Shown: positions 27,438-40,425, numbered from the whole stretch's first letter. The stretch is 63,617 nt of DNA, filler included, from Bigelowiella natans CCMP2755 (GCA_000320545.1; 5 parts of 5 records of this genome joined end to end with filler, not necessarily neighbours in it), one strand, 5' to 3'. Notes: generated by a model not told the origin, from the sequence alone. A program made the numbers and translations.

Positions 27438-28258
27438 CATTATAAATCGTATCATCATCATCATCATCATTATGCATTCATTCAATTCTTATATAGGGCC
27501 GATCTATTTCTCGATGGCAATGCATCTGCTGCTAATCCTCCTGGCGGCGCCAACGCCATCGCCATCAGCACCAACAACAACGAGCAGAAGGATGATGCCC
27601 CCGCTCCAGTTAGAGGAAACACCTTTGATCTTCTGAACAACGTATTCGGTGGAGGGCAGGAGGCAGCACCCACCGCTACTGCAACGGTTATTCCTACAAC
27701 TACTCCTTCTACAAATACGAGAAGACCTGTGGTAGTAGAAGCTCTTCCAGTAGTAGACGCGGTACACCACCAACAAACTAGATATTGATTTGTCTTTTAG
27801 ATGTATGCTGCTGTGCATTTTTCTTTCCCATGTTCGATGTCCCCTCCCCCTCCACCCCCTCCCCTTCACCCGTCCCTCAACAACCTTCGTGCTTCTGTCT
27901 ATCGTCGTCAGGTCGTAGTGGGGGGTGAGGGCGACGCGATGGCGTCGTTCAACCCATTCGAAAACTGCGTGGCGGAGCAGGACAGTGGCAAGAAAGCTGT
28001 AGAGGAGAAACAATCCGCACAGCCATTACCAAACCGCCAACCGGTATGTGCTGCTACCTTACTAGCAAATGATGCCTCCAAGTCCGTATTCAACCAATAT
28101 ATTAAGAATACAGATATTGTCGTCGACAATAATACTCCCCCCCCCCCCCCCCCTCTCTCTCTCAACAATATCTCGTTGGGTAAATACCCTCCTCCCCCTT
28201 GTAGTCTTCCAACCTGGACGATCCATTCATGGCACTGGCCCGGAAAAGAAAAGACTAG
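23343..28258 (+). CDS. TOM1-like VHS-GAT endosomal sorting adaptor
   Basis: VHS domain: MAEITKEYLLEFK/TQIKMAT..DVAKNI/AICDKL..AERTIRK/RLGKDDVAAILAMNLADM/IVKNCPRF../KTLLLIQQWAGG..QAYEDLKLKNCQFP. GAT domain: LFEVLNDML..MIQELKGQCE/NLQKQVQGRL..MDELLK/VNDLFNNLTKLY. The tail carries DLLGL, FDLL, NPF and DPF motifs and ends LDDPFMALARKRKD*. Confidence 0.88.
27001..27102. repeat. ~100-nt pure pyrimidine (TCC/TTC)n tract in a TOM1-like intron
   Basis: Uninterrupted C/T run upstream of the acceptor at ~27142. Confidence 0.85.
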
Positions 28259-28489
28259 AGCGCGAAAGCAGTGTATTCTTTCCAGGGAAAAATGAATGAT
28301 AGGGCAGAGATTTTGATGACCACTTGTTGTCCATCCATGGCGCAAGTTGGAGCAAAGACTGATGGGGCTCGACTCGGATTCCCTTGCAAACCGATTGCAC
28401 CTTCATAGGTGTAAACAGTTCGCCTTGCTACGACATAGTGACCCATTTCATTCAATGTACATGATAGGTTAATCATTGCGTAACATTAT

Positions 28490-29060
28490 CCTCCCACGTG
28501 GCTATCTAGAATTGTGGCATGTCTACACATGCCTGCTAGCCTGGCGAATCATTGTCCTTTACTTGTGTATCGCGCGCCGCCGCCGTCCAGAAAATGCATG
28601 TCAACGTGCATAATTGACGATGCACGGCGCACCGTGCTAGCGTGCCCAGTTGCCAGGTTCATTTAGTACTTCCCTCTGGCTAGCTAGTCTACTCGTGGTG
28701 TTTGCGTGCAGTGATGTCAAACTAGTTGAATGTCGCTGCTAAAATGCTGGAATGTCTGCTTGCTAGCTAGCTTGTGGCAATCTAGCTAGCAATGCTTGAC
28801 GTTGATGCGTTCATGATGATGCTAGCTAGCTAGTCGTGTGAGACAGATGCAATGGCTTAACTTGAGTTTTCTCAATGCTAGCAATGGCCGGTTGCGTTCA
28901 TCACAAGCGTACACATCTAGGCATGCTAGCAAGCTGTGCGACGAATGCCGTCCACGTGTAAAAATGTGCACTTGACACGTACGTGGGTGGGATGCTGGTA
29001 TGCCTCGATCGTGTCTATGACGTCGTGATGTACGCGCTGCCCTTAGAGCCATACACTGTA
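28490..29060. repeat. Palindromic-word island 3 (convergent zone)
   Basis: GCTAGCTAGCTAG at ~28821, GCTAGC, TCTAGA, ACGTACGT. Confidence 0.75.
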
Positions 29061-29297
29061 AACACGACCGAGTTGTTTGCGTAATAATATAACAGCTAAA
29101 TGTTCTTTATTTATACTTTGACTTCATCATAATACATCCTCATCATTTCCCGCACACCCGCAACGCATGTCAGAGCAGGATCTTTGTTACTGCCCAACTG
29201 CTTGCAGCCGTGTCGAACGACCTTTCTGGTGCCCGTGTTTTTTCCTCTACGACCTGCACTCGGCGCTATAACAACTACTACGTGATACTACTATGCA

Positions 29298-29334
<37 letters not shown>

Positions 29335-29486
29335 CATTACTACTACTACAACTACTATGCTTGCCGAATGAATGAATAATGCCAAGGGGGTGGTGTAGGC
29401 TGATGCTTCTTCGTATCGGATCTTATCTTTCATCTTGCAGTGCGTACAGCTTCCACCGAGGCATGAGGAGCCGGGCCCCGCCGTGC

Positions 29487-30424
29487 TCAGTCGGTTGGTG
29501 GTGCCCCCCTCTGGTAGTACTGCCGGCGACGAGGGCCGCCACTGCCTCTGCTGTTGCTGCGGCTTCTCGTGTAATCGCTCGCGCTACTACCACCACCGCC
29601 ACCTCCTCTTGAATCCCGACGGTGATAATTGCCACTACCGCTATAACGACGGGCTGCTATCCCCATCGGTACCATCTCGTTGCTGCTTCTGCCCCCCGCA
29701 TACGCGTGGTGGTGGGGCCTTTGGGGAGGAGTCGAAGTGGGAGTGGGGAGCAGCAAAAGACGAGAGGGCGGTTAGCGAGAGGGAGAACCCAACGAATTCG
29801 TAGGAATAAAGATCTGCATGCACATGGCAACGACTGTATCATCACCACCACCACCACCACATCCATCACCACGCGCTACCGGCATCATCCTAATGGATTT
29901 ATATATCCTGTTGTGCCGATTGTGTCCCAGTCAGGGATTCATGCATGGCTTACGAAGGCGGGGGGGTTCCCTACTTCTTCTTCTTCTCCTCCTCCTATTA
30001 CTAACTACTACTACTACCTTCGCAAACCATATGCCGGTCCTTGGTTATACTTGAGCTGAGCGGCGACGATGATTCGTGAAGGTGGCGATGACGTTGTCCA
30101 GGAGGTGGGGACGGCAGCAGGAGCAGGAGCAGCAGTTGCAGCAGCGAGAGGGGGGGGCAGGAGGAAGAAGGAGATAATGAGAAGGAAGAAAAGAGACATG
30201 TTATCGGCTTTCATATTCACATCATGCTCGAGTCATCATGGGTGTGCCAACGCGATAATGTATGTTGCTGTACGTTATGCTTGAGTAGAGACGTCTCTTC
30301 TGTCGCAGCGGATTGACCTCCGTCCCAGCAATTTACTGTCTGAAATGGAGGTAGTCGGGTTGGGTGAGGACGAGTAGCGAATACTCTCTAAGCATCGATT
30401 TATGAAAATAATGAATAAATGTAT

Positions 30425-30472
<48 letters not shown>

Positions 30473-30901
30473 TTGTGTGTGTGTGTGTGTGTGTACATAT
30501 ATCAGCAATAGCAGCCATCAAAGCGAGAAGACAAACACACCTGGTCATTGGAATTGTCCTCTCCGTCGCGGTAGAAGTAGTTCTTGCGCTCCGTATCAAT
30601 CGTGTTAAATTCCTCAAACCTTGAACACCGATAAATAATATCACAAAAAGGGTTGGTGGTGGTAGCAGTAGTGGTAGGTGAGTTGCCCGTCTCTGCTGTG
30701 CGCTACTAGATGAACGATGGTTTGCTGTTCTATCGAGCAGCCACCCACAACAACAACAACAACTACTACTACTACTAATACTACGGCTACTGCTTCTAAC
30801 GAATACTTGGATGCAAAGTCCAGGAAGTTCATGCCCTCGATGAAGTGATCCATGGGCCCTTCAGAATCATCGTCGAAGAATCCGCCGCGGATCTTGCCGT
30901 G

Positions 30902-30940
<39 letters not shown>

Positions 30941-31020
30941 ACTTTCGCTTCAAACAAGCTCTTCGATGCCATAACGCTACACATTCCCCTCTCTTCTGTT
31001 TTACTTTTTGATTGGCACGT

Positions 31021-31055
<35 letters not shown>

Positions 31056-31535
31056 AGTGTTCGTGGTAGTAGCAAACAGCACAGTAGTACAGTAGTAGTA
31101 GTATATATTCGCAGTAGTATGTATGTAGCGGCACCTCTCTGTACGACTCATCGTTGAACTCAGTATACCTAAAGATGTGATCCATTATATCAGGTACTAT
31201 ATCGACGATAATTAAACAGCCAGCACAATATCCCAAGGCTCTGATCCTCCTCTCCCTCCCACAGCCCCCCCCCCCCCCCCCCTTCCCCTCCTCTCCATTA
31301 CGGGTAGGCGTTTCGGTGGGCCAGCGCAAAAAACACCATCTCCACGCAAATGATGAGGTTCGTAAGCCCCTCGCCTGTTGTACATTGTGTGTGTGTGTGT
31401 GTGTAAGGGGTAGGGGGGGGGAAGGGGGAGCTGGCTCCTAAAATTTTGCTGTGAATTCTTCTGTGCAGACGATCGATCATTCCGCAACAAATATCTTTGT
31501 AACTGCTATTTTGAAGAGCACACATGAATATAATG

Positions 31536-31579
<44 letters not shown>

Positions 31580-31584
31580 TCGTG

Positions 31585-31615
<31 letters not shown>

Positions 31616-31952
31616 GCTACTACAACTTGTACCTATAGGATCGGCAAGAGCGTGAGAGTTCCAATGCACTTTTATCTCATCATCGAGCTTCTGAATGGCT
31701 CTCACCTTTTAACAATTCAACAGAAATAACAAGCCATCACTGTGCTGCTGCTGCGGCTGCTAGTCGTGTTGGTGTTGCCGGGGCAAATGTAAATGATGAT
31801 GATGGATGATGGTGATAATGATGATGATGATGATGGTGATGATGAGTGTGGTAGTTAATCTACTTTTGTGAGAGCGGCTAGAGTGACCGCTTGCCACCAC
31901 GTGAAGAATACGATCAGCTTGATGCATAAGAACTAGATAGTCATAAGTAATG

Positions 31953-31983
<31 letters not shown>

Positions 31984-32544
31984 CAACACATCAAAAACGG
32001 GTCGAAGAACATCTAATCAATCACTATCATCTATCATCAATCATCTATCATCATCATCATCGTCATCAAGGCCTACAATTCCATTCACACATCAAATGAA
32101 CCACCTTCCTCAGCGGATTGATGACGTATAGCCGCCCCTTCACTGCTCGGTACAGCAGCACCTGTGCGCATGCACGCACGCACGCACGCACGCACGATGA
32201 TTGTGTTATGGGTATTATCAATTCGGAAAATAAGAGCAAGAGTTGGTAATACAGAGGCCCCTCGATTTGATGACGGATTTACCAAATCGATACTGTGATG
32301 ATTGATTGATTATCATTGGGCAAGAAAACTATAATCATCATCATCCTTATCACCATCATCGCGTATCTGTCGCCGCCTCGTCATTCATTGCTACACTATT
32401 ACCAAGCAGTAAAGAGCCCAGATCTGAGAGAAGTTTTGAACCAGCGTACAGTAGAGATACGCTGTGGAAGTGGAGGGGGTGAGCGTGTAGTGTTGTTCGC
32501 ATACATTCATCATTTCGAGCAATTGCTGCACGTTCAAAGAGAGA

Positions 32545-32586
<42 letters not shown>

Positions 32587-34117
32587 CCAGAAAAAAATCG
32601 ACTTAGGCAATGAGGCAATGCACCTTTGGTGAAGTCGAAACGACCATCACCGTAGACACCGTTGTACCTATTGACACGTAGTAGTAGTTTTCAAACCAAA
32701 AGGAAAGAACGTCAAGTTGATGACAGTGATGGTGCTACCATTGATTGACCCTGCCCCAACCCTCATTAGGCAGCATCCCTTCTTCTTATCAAATGCAAAA
32801 TAGCTACCCAGCAAACTAGCCCTGCTGTTGTAACGCAGATTGACACTGGGATGTATTGAAGGATTCCCATCAATGTGTACCACAGAAACTTGCCACCCTG
32901 TGTGTAAAGACAGAGAAAGAGGAGAGAGGGGGGCAAGGGGACGCTAGTTTAGACTCGCTTTGTGGAGTTATCGTGCAGGTATTTATGACGTATCATTATC
33001 ATCATCATCGTCATAATAGAAATGAATCACACCTTTGGCCATTTTTTTAGGCAACAAAACGGAAACACATGTGGTTGGCTTGTCTTTTCCTCGTGAAGGC
33101 TGTACGCTAGCTGACCTGGGCCGCCCAAGTATCTGACCAATCATTGCATACACATTATATGTAAGCTATCATTTTTATTCTGTTCCTTCTCCTTCTTCTT
33201 CTTCTTCTTCTTCTCGGTCAATTCATTACGTGAGGATGTATGAAGTAAAGGAGAAAAGAGCGAATGCTTCGTAGAACTCACGCAGCATTCTCATGACTGG
33301 GGCCTGACAAATATGTAGCAGCAGCAGCAGCACACTGTGAGTGCGGGGTAGGAATGGAAGGAAGGCATGCCTCCTCAAATTTTAAGTGCTGTAAGCGGCA
33401 GCACCATCTCGATGAAGCACAGGGCCAGGAATGACTCTGCAGCGAACACGGGAACCATGAACAGTATGCGGTACTGACAGCCAAACAGGGGAGATAGGTG
33501 TCAATGTTTGCTTATAACTATGATGTTACAATGAAATTCCTGATTAGGCGGTGCATTACCGTGTAGTTCCTAATATCTCTGTGTTTATTGTATCGGAAGT
33601 GGAGGCTTATTTGGTGAAGGGACAATATGATTGCAATAGTTGCGAACACTAAGGCTGCCATCTGCATACGTGGGATAATGGGCAACACACCAGTGGAAGT
33701 GGGGGGGGGGGGGGGGGGGGGGGAGGGTTTATCATTCCAGAAATTCAAAGTTTTGCTTTGAAAATGGAAGTTGTTTACGAAGTATGGAGATCATCATGAG
33801 ATGTTAGATTACCGCTGCCCATCTTTCTGTGAGGTAGAAGAACGAAAGGTCCAGGAACTCCGATATCTCACCTAATCAGGAAGGAGAGAACATCGAGAGG
33901 AGGAAAAGAAGGCATAAACTAATTGTAAGCAGACTCAAAAATAATTTTCTCAAGCGTCCACTATCACTCACGCACCACATTTTTTGCCCTTGACGACTGC
34001 TTCTGTTGCGTTGGCGCATGTAGGACCACCGAAAATGGACGATATAGTCTGGTTACTGCTGTTCCCATCGATATTTCTGTCGCTTAAATGCTTACTGCCC
34101 TCAATTATATGCTCCAT
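29487..34117 (-). CDS. TMEM184: TMEM184 / organic solute transporter alpha family membrane protein
   Basis: Exons AIILSLHQISLHFRYNKHRDIRNYT, RILLMVPVFAAESFLALCF, ECYEAFALFSFTSYILT, YLGGPGQLAYSL..PHVFPFCCLKKW, YGDGRFDFTK, KLIVFFTWWQAV, GLTNLIICVEMVFFALAHRNAYP, then a low-complexity Arg/Gly/Ser tail. Both ends are approximate. Confidence 0.9.
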
Positions 34118-34970
34118 GAATCGCTGCTCTAGCCTCTGACCCCCTTCTGTCAGCCAGTGATAGAGAGCACCTATCTCACGAAACACCTGTTTTCCATAGC
34201 AACAGCACGTTGTATTCAAGATTCTCAAGGGGAATGAAAAAAGAAAGTTACCACGTTCATAATACAATTCTAGACTCTTGTATAATTCTTCTCCTTTGGT
34301 CCTATTTCTTTCGAAGCAGTTTGAAATGCTTGGCCCAAAGGCCTGCCTTCTTCCCCACCCCCTTTGAATAAACTGCCGAGACGGGTAAGATTTTATTCGT
34401 TAGTGTGCAATCAAGATGTAGCCTAAATATTCGCCGTGTTCTGACCTACGACAGGGCAAAGATCAAAATTAGAAATATTTCTGCCTTATACCTGACTCCA
34501 TCGACAACGTGGAGTCGTTGTAAGGAAGTCACGCTCGGTGTCGAGAAAGTTTGTGGCTCATATAGGCAATTTTGCTAGGACGTCTTCCGATATTTCATGT
34601 CGTAACATTCGGTTCTTTTTTGGAGCTACCAGAGAAGAGAACCAGTATAAAATCTATTACCCGTGGTTTTTGGCTGATTTCGATGCGGAAAGTTTTTGAA
34701 GTTGATGAAATGGGATGCCTTTCTACAATTATCCTGCCATTTTAGAGCATTTTAGCGGTGTTCGGGTGGAGTATTTTTTTAGGTAAAGTCTCTCATCCAT
34801 TTGCTTGTCTGTTGATCACCTCACAGGGACACAAGGTGCCCAGTTCAACTCTCCAACAAACAAGAAAGTTCTTGGGGAGCGCCTGCACGTTGGTGCTTCC
34901 TTCTGCGACTCGCCCGGAACAGCCTACTCGCGGAAGAAAATAAATATCCGCCTAGATCCTCTCCGGCAAA

Positions 34971-36005
34971 ATGTTTTACTTCAAACGGCCGTCTTCCAAA
35001 CGCCCCGAGGGTCTGAAAGATTGCACTGTAAAAAATGTGGCGCAGATGATCATCCGAGGAAAGCTAAAAAATATTGCATTTCTCACCGGTGCAGGTATAT
35101 CTGTGGCTGCAGGTATTCCTGACTTTCGATCCCCTGGAGGTATGTACGATACACTACGGCCCGAGCTTCTAACTGCAACAAAGAAACAAAGAGATAACAT
35201 GGCAATCGACCCTACCGCTGTGGTTTCTTGGGATCTTTTCAAAGAGAACCAGTTTCCCTACATGGAACTTCGTCGTCCATTTATCCTTGGGGGTGATAAA
35301 AGTACATGGAAGCCAACTCTGGCGCACTTCTTTATGAAACTTTGCGAGGATAAAAAGCTCCTGAAACGGATATATACCCAAAACATCGATGGGTTGGATT
35401 ACCACCTTGGCATTGCCGACGAGAAGATTGTCCCAGTGCACGGCTCGCTAGGTCGTGCGTCTTGTGAATTCTGTGGCGCTCTTTACCCTATCGATGAGCT
35501 AAGAAAGCAGATTAAAACGAAAATTAAAGATATTTATTGCACAGACAAAGATGCTCCAAAAGAGTCGCAAAACATTCTGTGCCTAGAGTGTAAGATGCCT
35601 GGAGTTAAGCCGAGCACAGTACTGTATGGGAGGCAATTGCCTGATGCATTCTTTGAGGCAAAGGAGAAAGATCTACCTGAAGTGGATCTTTTAGTTGTAA
35701 TGGGAACTTCCTTAACTGTTGGTCCCGCAAACTTGGTACCACTAGAAGTTAACGGCGACTGTGTACGCATGGTGATCAATCGTGAACCAGTAGGAGAAGA
35801 TCTAGGAATAGATTATGCGGGGGAAGCTGAGAGAGATGTTTTTGGAAAAGGCGACTGCGATTCTGTTGTTTTAGAACTAGTAAAAGAACTTGGTTGGTTG
35901 GATGACCTGAAGAAGTGTGTAGACGACATGGCTCCGAAGAGCGCTGCATTGCTAAACACAGGCCCAAAATTGCAATCGGACGAGAAAATGAAGGACAAAA
36001 AATGA
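34971..36005 (+). CDS. SIRT2: NAD-dependent protein deacetylase, class I sirtuin (SIRT2/Hst2-like), intronless
   Basis: 344-aa ORF with GAGISVAAGIPDFRS, YTQNIDGL, VHGS, Zn ligands CEFC..CLEC, KPSTVLYG, VMGTSLTVGP and INRE. Confidence 0.95.
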   Translation: MFYFKRPSSKRPEGLKDCTVKNVAQMIIRGKLKNIAFLTGAGISVAAGIPDFRSPGGMYDTLRPELLTATKKQRDNMAIDPTAVVSWDLFKENQFPYMELRRPFILGGDKSTWKPTLAHFFMKLCEDKKLLKRIYTQNIDGLDYHLGIADEKIVPVHGSLGRASCEFCGALYPIDELRKQIKTKIKDIYCTDKDAPKESQNILCLECKMPGVKPSTVLYGRQLPDAFFEAKEKDLPEVDLLVVMGTSLTVGPANLVPLEVNGDCVRMVINREPVGEDLGIDYAGEAERDVFGKGDCDSVVLELVKELGWLDDLKKCVDDMAPKSAALLNTGPKLQSDEKMKDKK

Positions 36006-36009
36006 TTTG

Positions 36010-37100
36010 TCCGCATGATCGTCAACTAGGATGCATCGCGTCATCGATTATCATCACTAGATCACTAGATCACCACATATCGATTGTGTAGATCACATCA
36101 CATCATAATCATTCGTGTTGTGCGCCCATGACTACTGAATTGCACGTAGTTTCCACAATCCTAGAATGTCTAGATGTGTGTTTTGCTGCTCCATATTGTA
36201 ACTTTTATCAATTCGTTCGATAAACATTGCACACACCTAGACACTACATGCAGCACAGCTAGCTAGCTAGACAACTCTAGAGTTGCACGACAGACCACAG
36301 TATGACAGCTAGCTAGCCAGACAACTCTAGAGTTCCAGGCCACTAAAAAGTGAAGTTATTCGCTGGTCGAACATGATCTACACTAGTCTAGCGATGTCTA
36401 GATGTAGCTAGCTAGCTAGCTAGACATGCATGACCAGATGAGCCTACCTATAAATACCTAGCTTGCTAGCTACAACAAGTCAGCTAGCCGCAGATCTAGC
36501 TAGCTAGAGATGCACAATTATGCGTACACATCGCCCTAGCATCGCAGCTACTAGCTAGCTAGCTAGCGCTATCGATCACATGTAGCTCTGCTATAGTCTA
36601 GACTAGTGCAGCTAGCTCTAGAGCTAGCTAGCTAGGCACGTCTTGGACTTGATCGATTTCATGAACAACTCTAGAACTAGCTTGCTCTAGTGCTCTAGAG
36701 CTTGCTAGCTTGTGTGTAGACAAGACAGATTGCTAGATTGCATTCACCACAAATTAGCAAACGCACACAGCTAGCTAGCTAGCATGATCAAAAAATGACT
36801 AGACATGTCGACGTCACTTTGGGTTACATGCGATCATGGACATGGTGTGAAGTTGTTGTGTCTACATCCCCTGCCCCCTGCCTGCGCTAACTAGCTAGTG
36901 CGTCACGTGCAAATGAAGCCAGCACCGACCGAACGCTAACGCTGCTGCTCCTGCGGCTGATTTCATGTCAGATGGAACGGTACATTTGCGTTTAGTTGCG
37001 AATGATAAAATTGCAAATGTTGCATGGAAACAACATCACATTATGCATTGATATCAACTATGACTTTTGGACCGCACAATTAATGTGACGTGTTGGCATG
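36010..37100. repeat. Palindromic-word island 4 (between sirtuin and WH2 3' ends), the densest example
   Basis: (GCTA)n runs at ~36258, 36407, 36550, 36625 and 36770; CAACTCTAGAGTTG; many TCTAGA. Confidence 0.85.
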
Positions 37101-37115
37101 ATGTTCAAAGAAACT

Positions 37116-37410
37116 CTACTTTTTCCCCTTTTCGGCCTTGGACGCAAGGTATGCTTTCTTTTCTGCTTCACTTAGCCCTTCTGTAGGTTTCTCAACTTTT
37201 TTGAGACCTGCGCCAGTTTTTCCAACCTTCTTTATTGCCCCAGTAAGCTTTGTGTGGGGGTCGATGTTGTCGGTTTTCGGGGCTTCTACGTGTTTCAATT
37301 TTGGTGCTTGTTGAATTTCCTTGAGGTCAACCTAGAATGTGTTCAGATTTTGAGAATCCATTAAAATATTAGGCGAAGAAGGTGACCTTGGTTTGTTTTT
37401 CACCAGACAT
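37116..37410 (-). CDS. Small actobindin/beta-thymosin-like actin-binding peptide with two WH2 motifs (79 aa)
   Basis: Exon 1 37410-37387 (MSGEKQTK), 55-nt GT-AG intron, exon 2 37331-37116. It contains DLKEIQQAPKLKHVE and LTGAIKKVGKTGAGLKKVE (helix followed by LKHV/LKKV). Confidence 0.75.
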
Positions 37411-38969
37411 GATTGCGTGGGTTGGTGTGTGAGATGTGTGATTTGAGATTTGTGACCCGGAAAATATTAATCAGATCTTCCGAAATCAACCCTGCAGAGA
37501 ACATGTCAATAGAGACATGGACCGGAGGATGTCGCACAAGATTTTATATCGAGAATTTTGTTGCCATCCGTCCATTTGTGTTCTGTTTCACTCCACAATA
37601 ACCTCAAAACTGGCGGAAACCCAACGTTATCGGCCAAAAAGCAGCACACATTTAGCTTCAAATGTCTCCTACGTCACAATATCTTGAAAGTCTTATGAGG
37701 ATGTTGTGGGTCATTTTTACGTATTGTACCAAATCAGGAATCAGGTGTTGAGGTACCCCCACTGGGAATACCCACGTGGTGTAAAAAGAGAAATGTGATA
37801 CGTGAAACCAACCCAGGCCGCCTTTGCTTCCGAGGAGACATTTCAGTCCTTGCATTCTTGAACTTAATCCCTTATTGTCCGGACAATGCTTCCGAGGAAG
37901 CATAAATGGTACAAATCTAGGCGGAAATAGTGAATGAAAATTTTGTGATGTCTCACATATGAGATTTTGTGCACGGAATTTTTTACATTTTTTATTTAAA
38001 ATAAGGTAATTTATATCGATTCTATACATAATCGGAACTCTTTGTACATTTTGGCCAACACCGATATCTAAATAGAATTTTCAAGAGAGATGAAAGTGTT
38101 TTCTGTAAAGATTGTTTCGTTTGTGCCTTAATCAAAAAGTTTCTTCCGTAACACAATCCAAGCGAAGGGGAAGGCTCGCCACCCTCCCCGGTCGTCTTGC
38201 TCAAAATTACTTCAGAAAATCATTCCGCTCTGGAGGAAAAGTTGCTTCTATACTGAAGAAACGCTGGTTTGTTTTTGTTACTTGCAAAAACGAACACCTC
38301 TCTCTAGATCATCTCCACACGTCGAGTATTATCTCGTCATCTCGCTCTGGTTGCCGCCTAGTTGCACTACCTTCCTTTATCAAAGTGCCAGGCAATATCC
38401 TATTGGCAACGCTGGATCTAAAATCCTTAGAAATAAAGACCAGCAACAGAGACGTAAAATAAAAACATGCTAAGCATCGATTCGCCTCGTTCCTTTATTT
38501 TAGGCGTGCTCGGTTGAGGGAAAAAGTCTGATAGGTGCAGTTATTCAATCTTTGAAACAAAGTGAGTTTCAAAATAACTGTTGCTTGCTCGCGCTTCGAT
38601 AAGAATCCTATATGTGAATATCCTCCTCGTTCAATTGAACATCCTCATCAATTCCTTCACAGAAGCTACTCAATAACTTGAAATGTATGCAAACATCCTA
38701 CAAATCCTGTATTATCATTCCAACAGATGGTTGTGAATGATGCCATATGAGGGAAGCTGGAAAGGTAAAGCCTGTCTCCTCGCGTCAACTGAGCTGCAAA
38801 CTTTGTATTCGTCATTCACCATAGGGCTTTCTTTAGTCAAAAGCGGGCAACAATGAGTCAGGTGGCCCCTGATGATACCCTCCAAATGGAGTAATACTTG
38901 AAGTATCTTTTTCTAAACGAACTTCAAGGGGGACCCGTAGCCATGATACACTTTGAAAAATTGCTGTTA

Positions 38970-39990
38970 GTTCATTGTCTACACATCGCTTCCGAATCTG
39001 GACCACGGTGTACATCATGATTGCGTGGATTGACATCGCAACGCCTGGATGTGCATGCATGATGCTCTGGCTGGCTAGTACCAACGAGCACGCGTGTGAA
39101 CAACGTCCATCTAGTATGCTAGCTGTGCATGTGTGTGTGCATCGCATCTGCCAAGCTAGCTAGCTAGCTAGTCCAAGCAAGCAGGATGCAGACAAACAAA
39201 TTGCTGGCCCTCGATTTCGGATCGAATGCCATTCGATCTGGTGTTTGTGCATTGTCATGTCAATCTAGCAGTCATCCAGCACACTGGCACACCTGCTAGT
39301 CTGGACATGCCAGCATGCTGTTTTCCAGTTTGTCACCAAACAGTCACGATGCACGATCAATTTGGCAATCCGAGACGTGTGCACAGTGCGCACTGCTAGA
39401 CTAGCTAGACTAGCTAGCTAGCTAGCGCACTGAACGTCGACGTTGATCTTGTGCACTCTGGCACTCCGATCCAGCTCTCTGGCTAGCTGGCACGCTGGCA
39501 CTCCAGCACTGCTAGACTGCTAGACTGTCTAGCTGTCCACATGTCGCTAGCTAGCTAGGTCGGTGTGACGACGTGCGTGCAGTCGTGACCACCCTAGCAC
39601 CACTAGACCAGACCAGTGCAACTGCGCTGCTCTGATGCAGCCTGAGCTGTGTGAGAGATCTCCAGAGCTAGCACTGGAGCACGGCAAGCACGTTGTGTGC
39701 GGCACGTTTTTTTTGTGACAACCCCACAGAACAAAGAATTAGAGAAGCAGGTGTGCAGTGTGGTGCCAGCACCTTTTTCCCGCGTGTGTGCCAAGTGAGC
39801 ACAATGAGCTACACGGAGCCACACGGAGACAGAAGGTGACTGAATTGAAGGCAACAGACACATCGCTCCGCTTGTGAACGAACACGCAATTGTTGAGCTA
39901 GCTGTGTGCTGTGTGTCTCGCTGTGCTGCTTGAGGCACACCCAGCTTGTTGGCAGTGCTCGTAGCGCCACATGTTCTCACCGTGCTAGCA
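38970..39990. repeat. Palindromic-word island 5
   Basis: (GCTA)n at ~39155, 39410 and 39547; GTGCAC, TGCGCA, GCTAGACT repeats. Confidence 0.75.
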
Positions 39991-40425
39991 GCACATCTTG
40001 TCGAATGAACACGATTTTTGAGTTCTTGAACCTTGTTGTTGGCACCAGAGCAATGCTAGAATGCTAGGGTGGGTGGAACAATGAACAATGATGATGAAAT
40101 GCATTTCCAAAATGTTGCAAGACATTTGCAGAGTGCGAAACGCAGTGCCTCGAACTAGCTTCAGTGAGGACAAAGCCACCCTCCGCTCATTGCAACGAAC
40201 GATGGATTTTTCTGCGAAAAAGTGGCGTTTTCTTGTTTTTCGAAAGACATATTTTCTGCCATGTCGCACGGTAAAAATGCACACTATTTGGCGTTTTTGT
40301 CGATTTCTCAGCTCTCGGGTCTGAATCAGTCGGAAACAGGGCTTCCATTGCCGGGACGACGCTTCCCTCTCCAAACCCCACCCGGACACAAGAAAGTAAA
40401 GGACAGCCAGGCACAGATACTGCGC

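Noticed and set aside
36240-36800. CRISPR-like array
   Set aside because: No constant repeat with regularly sized unique spacers, no cas genes, and a eukaryotic context.
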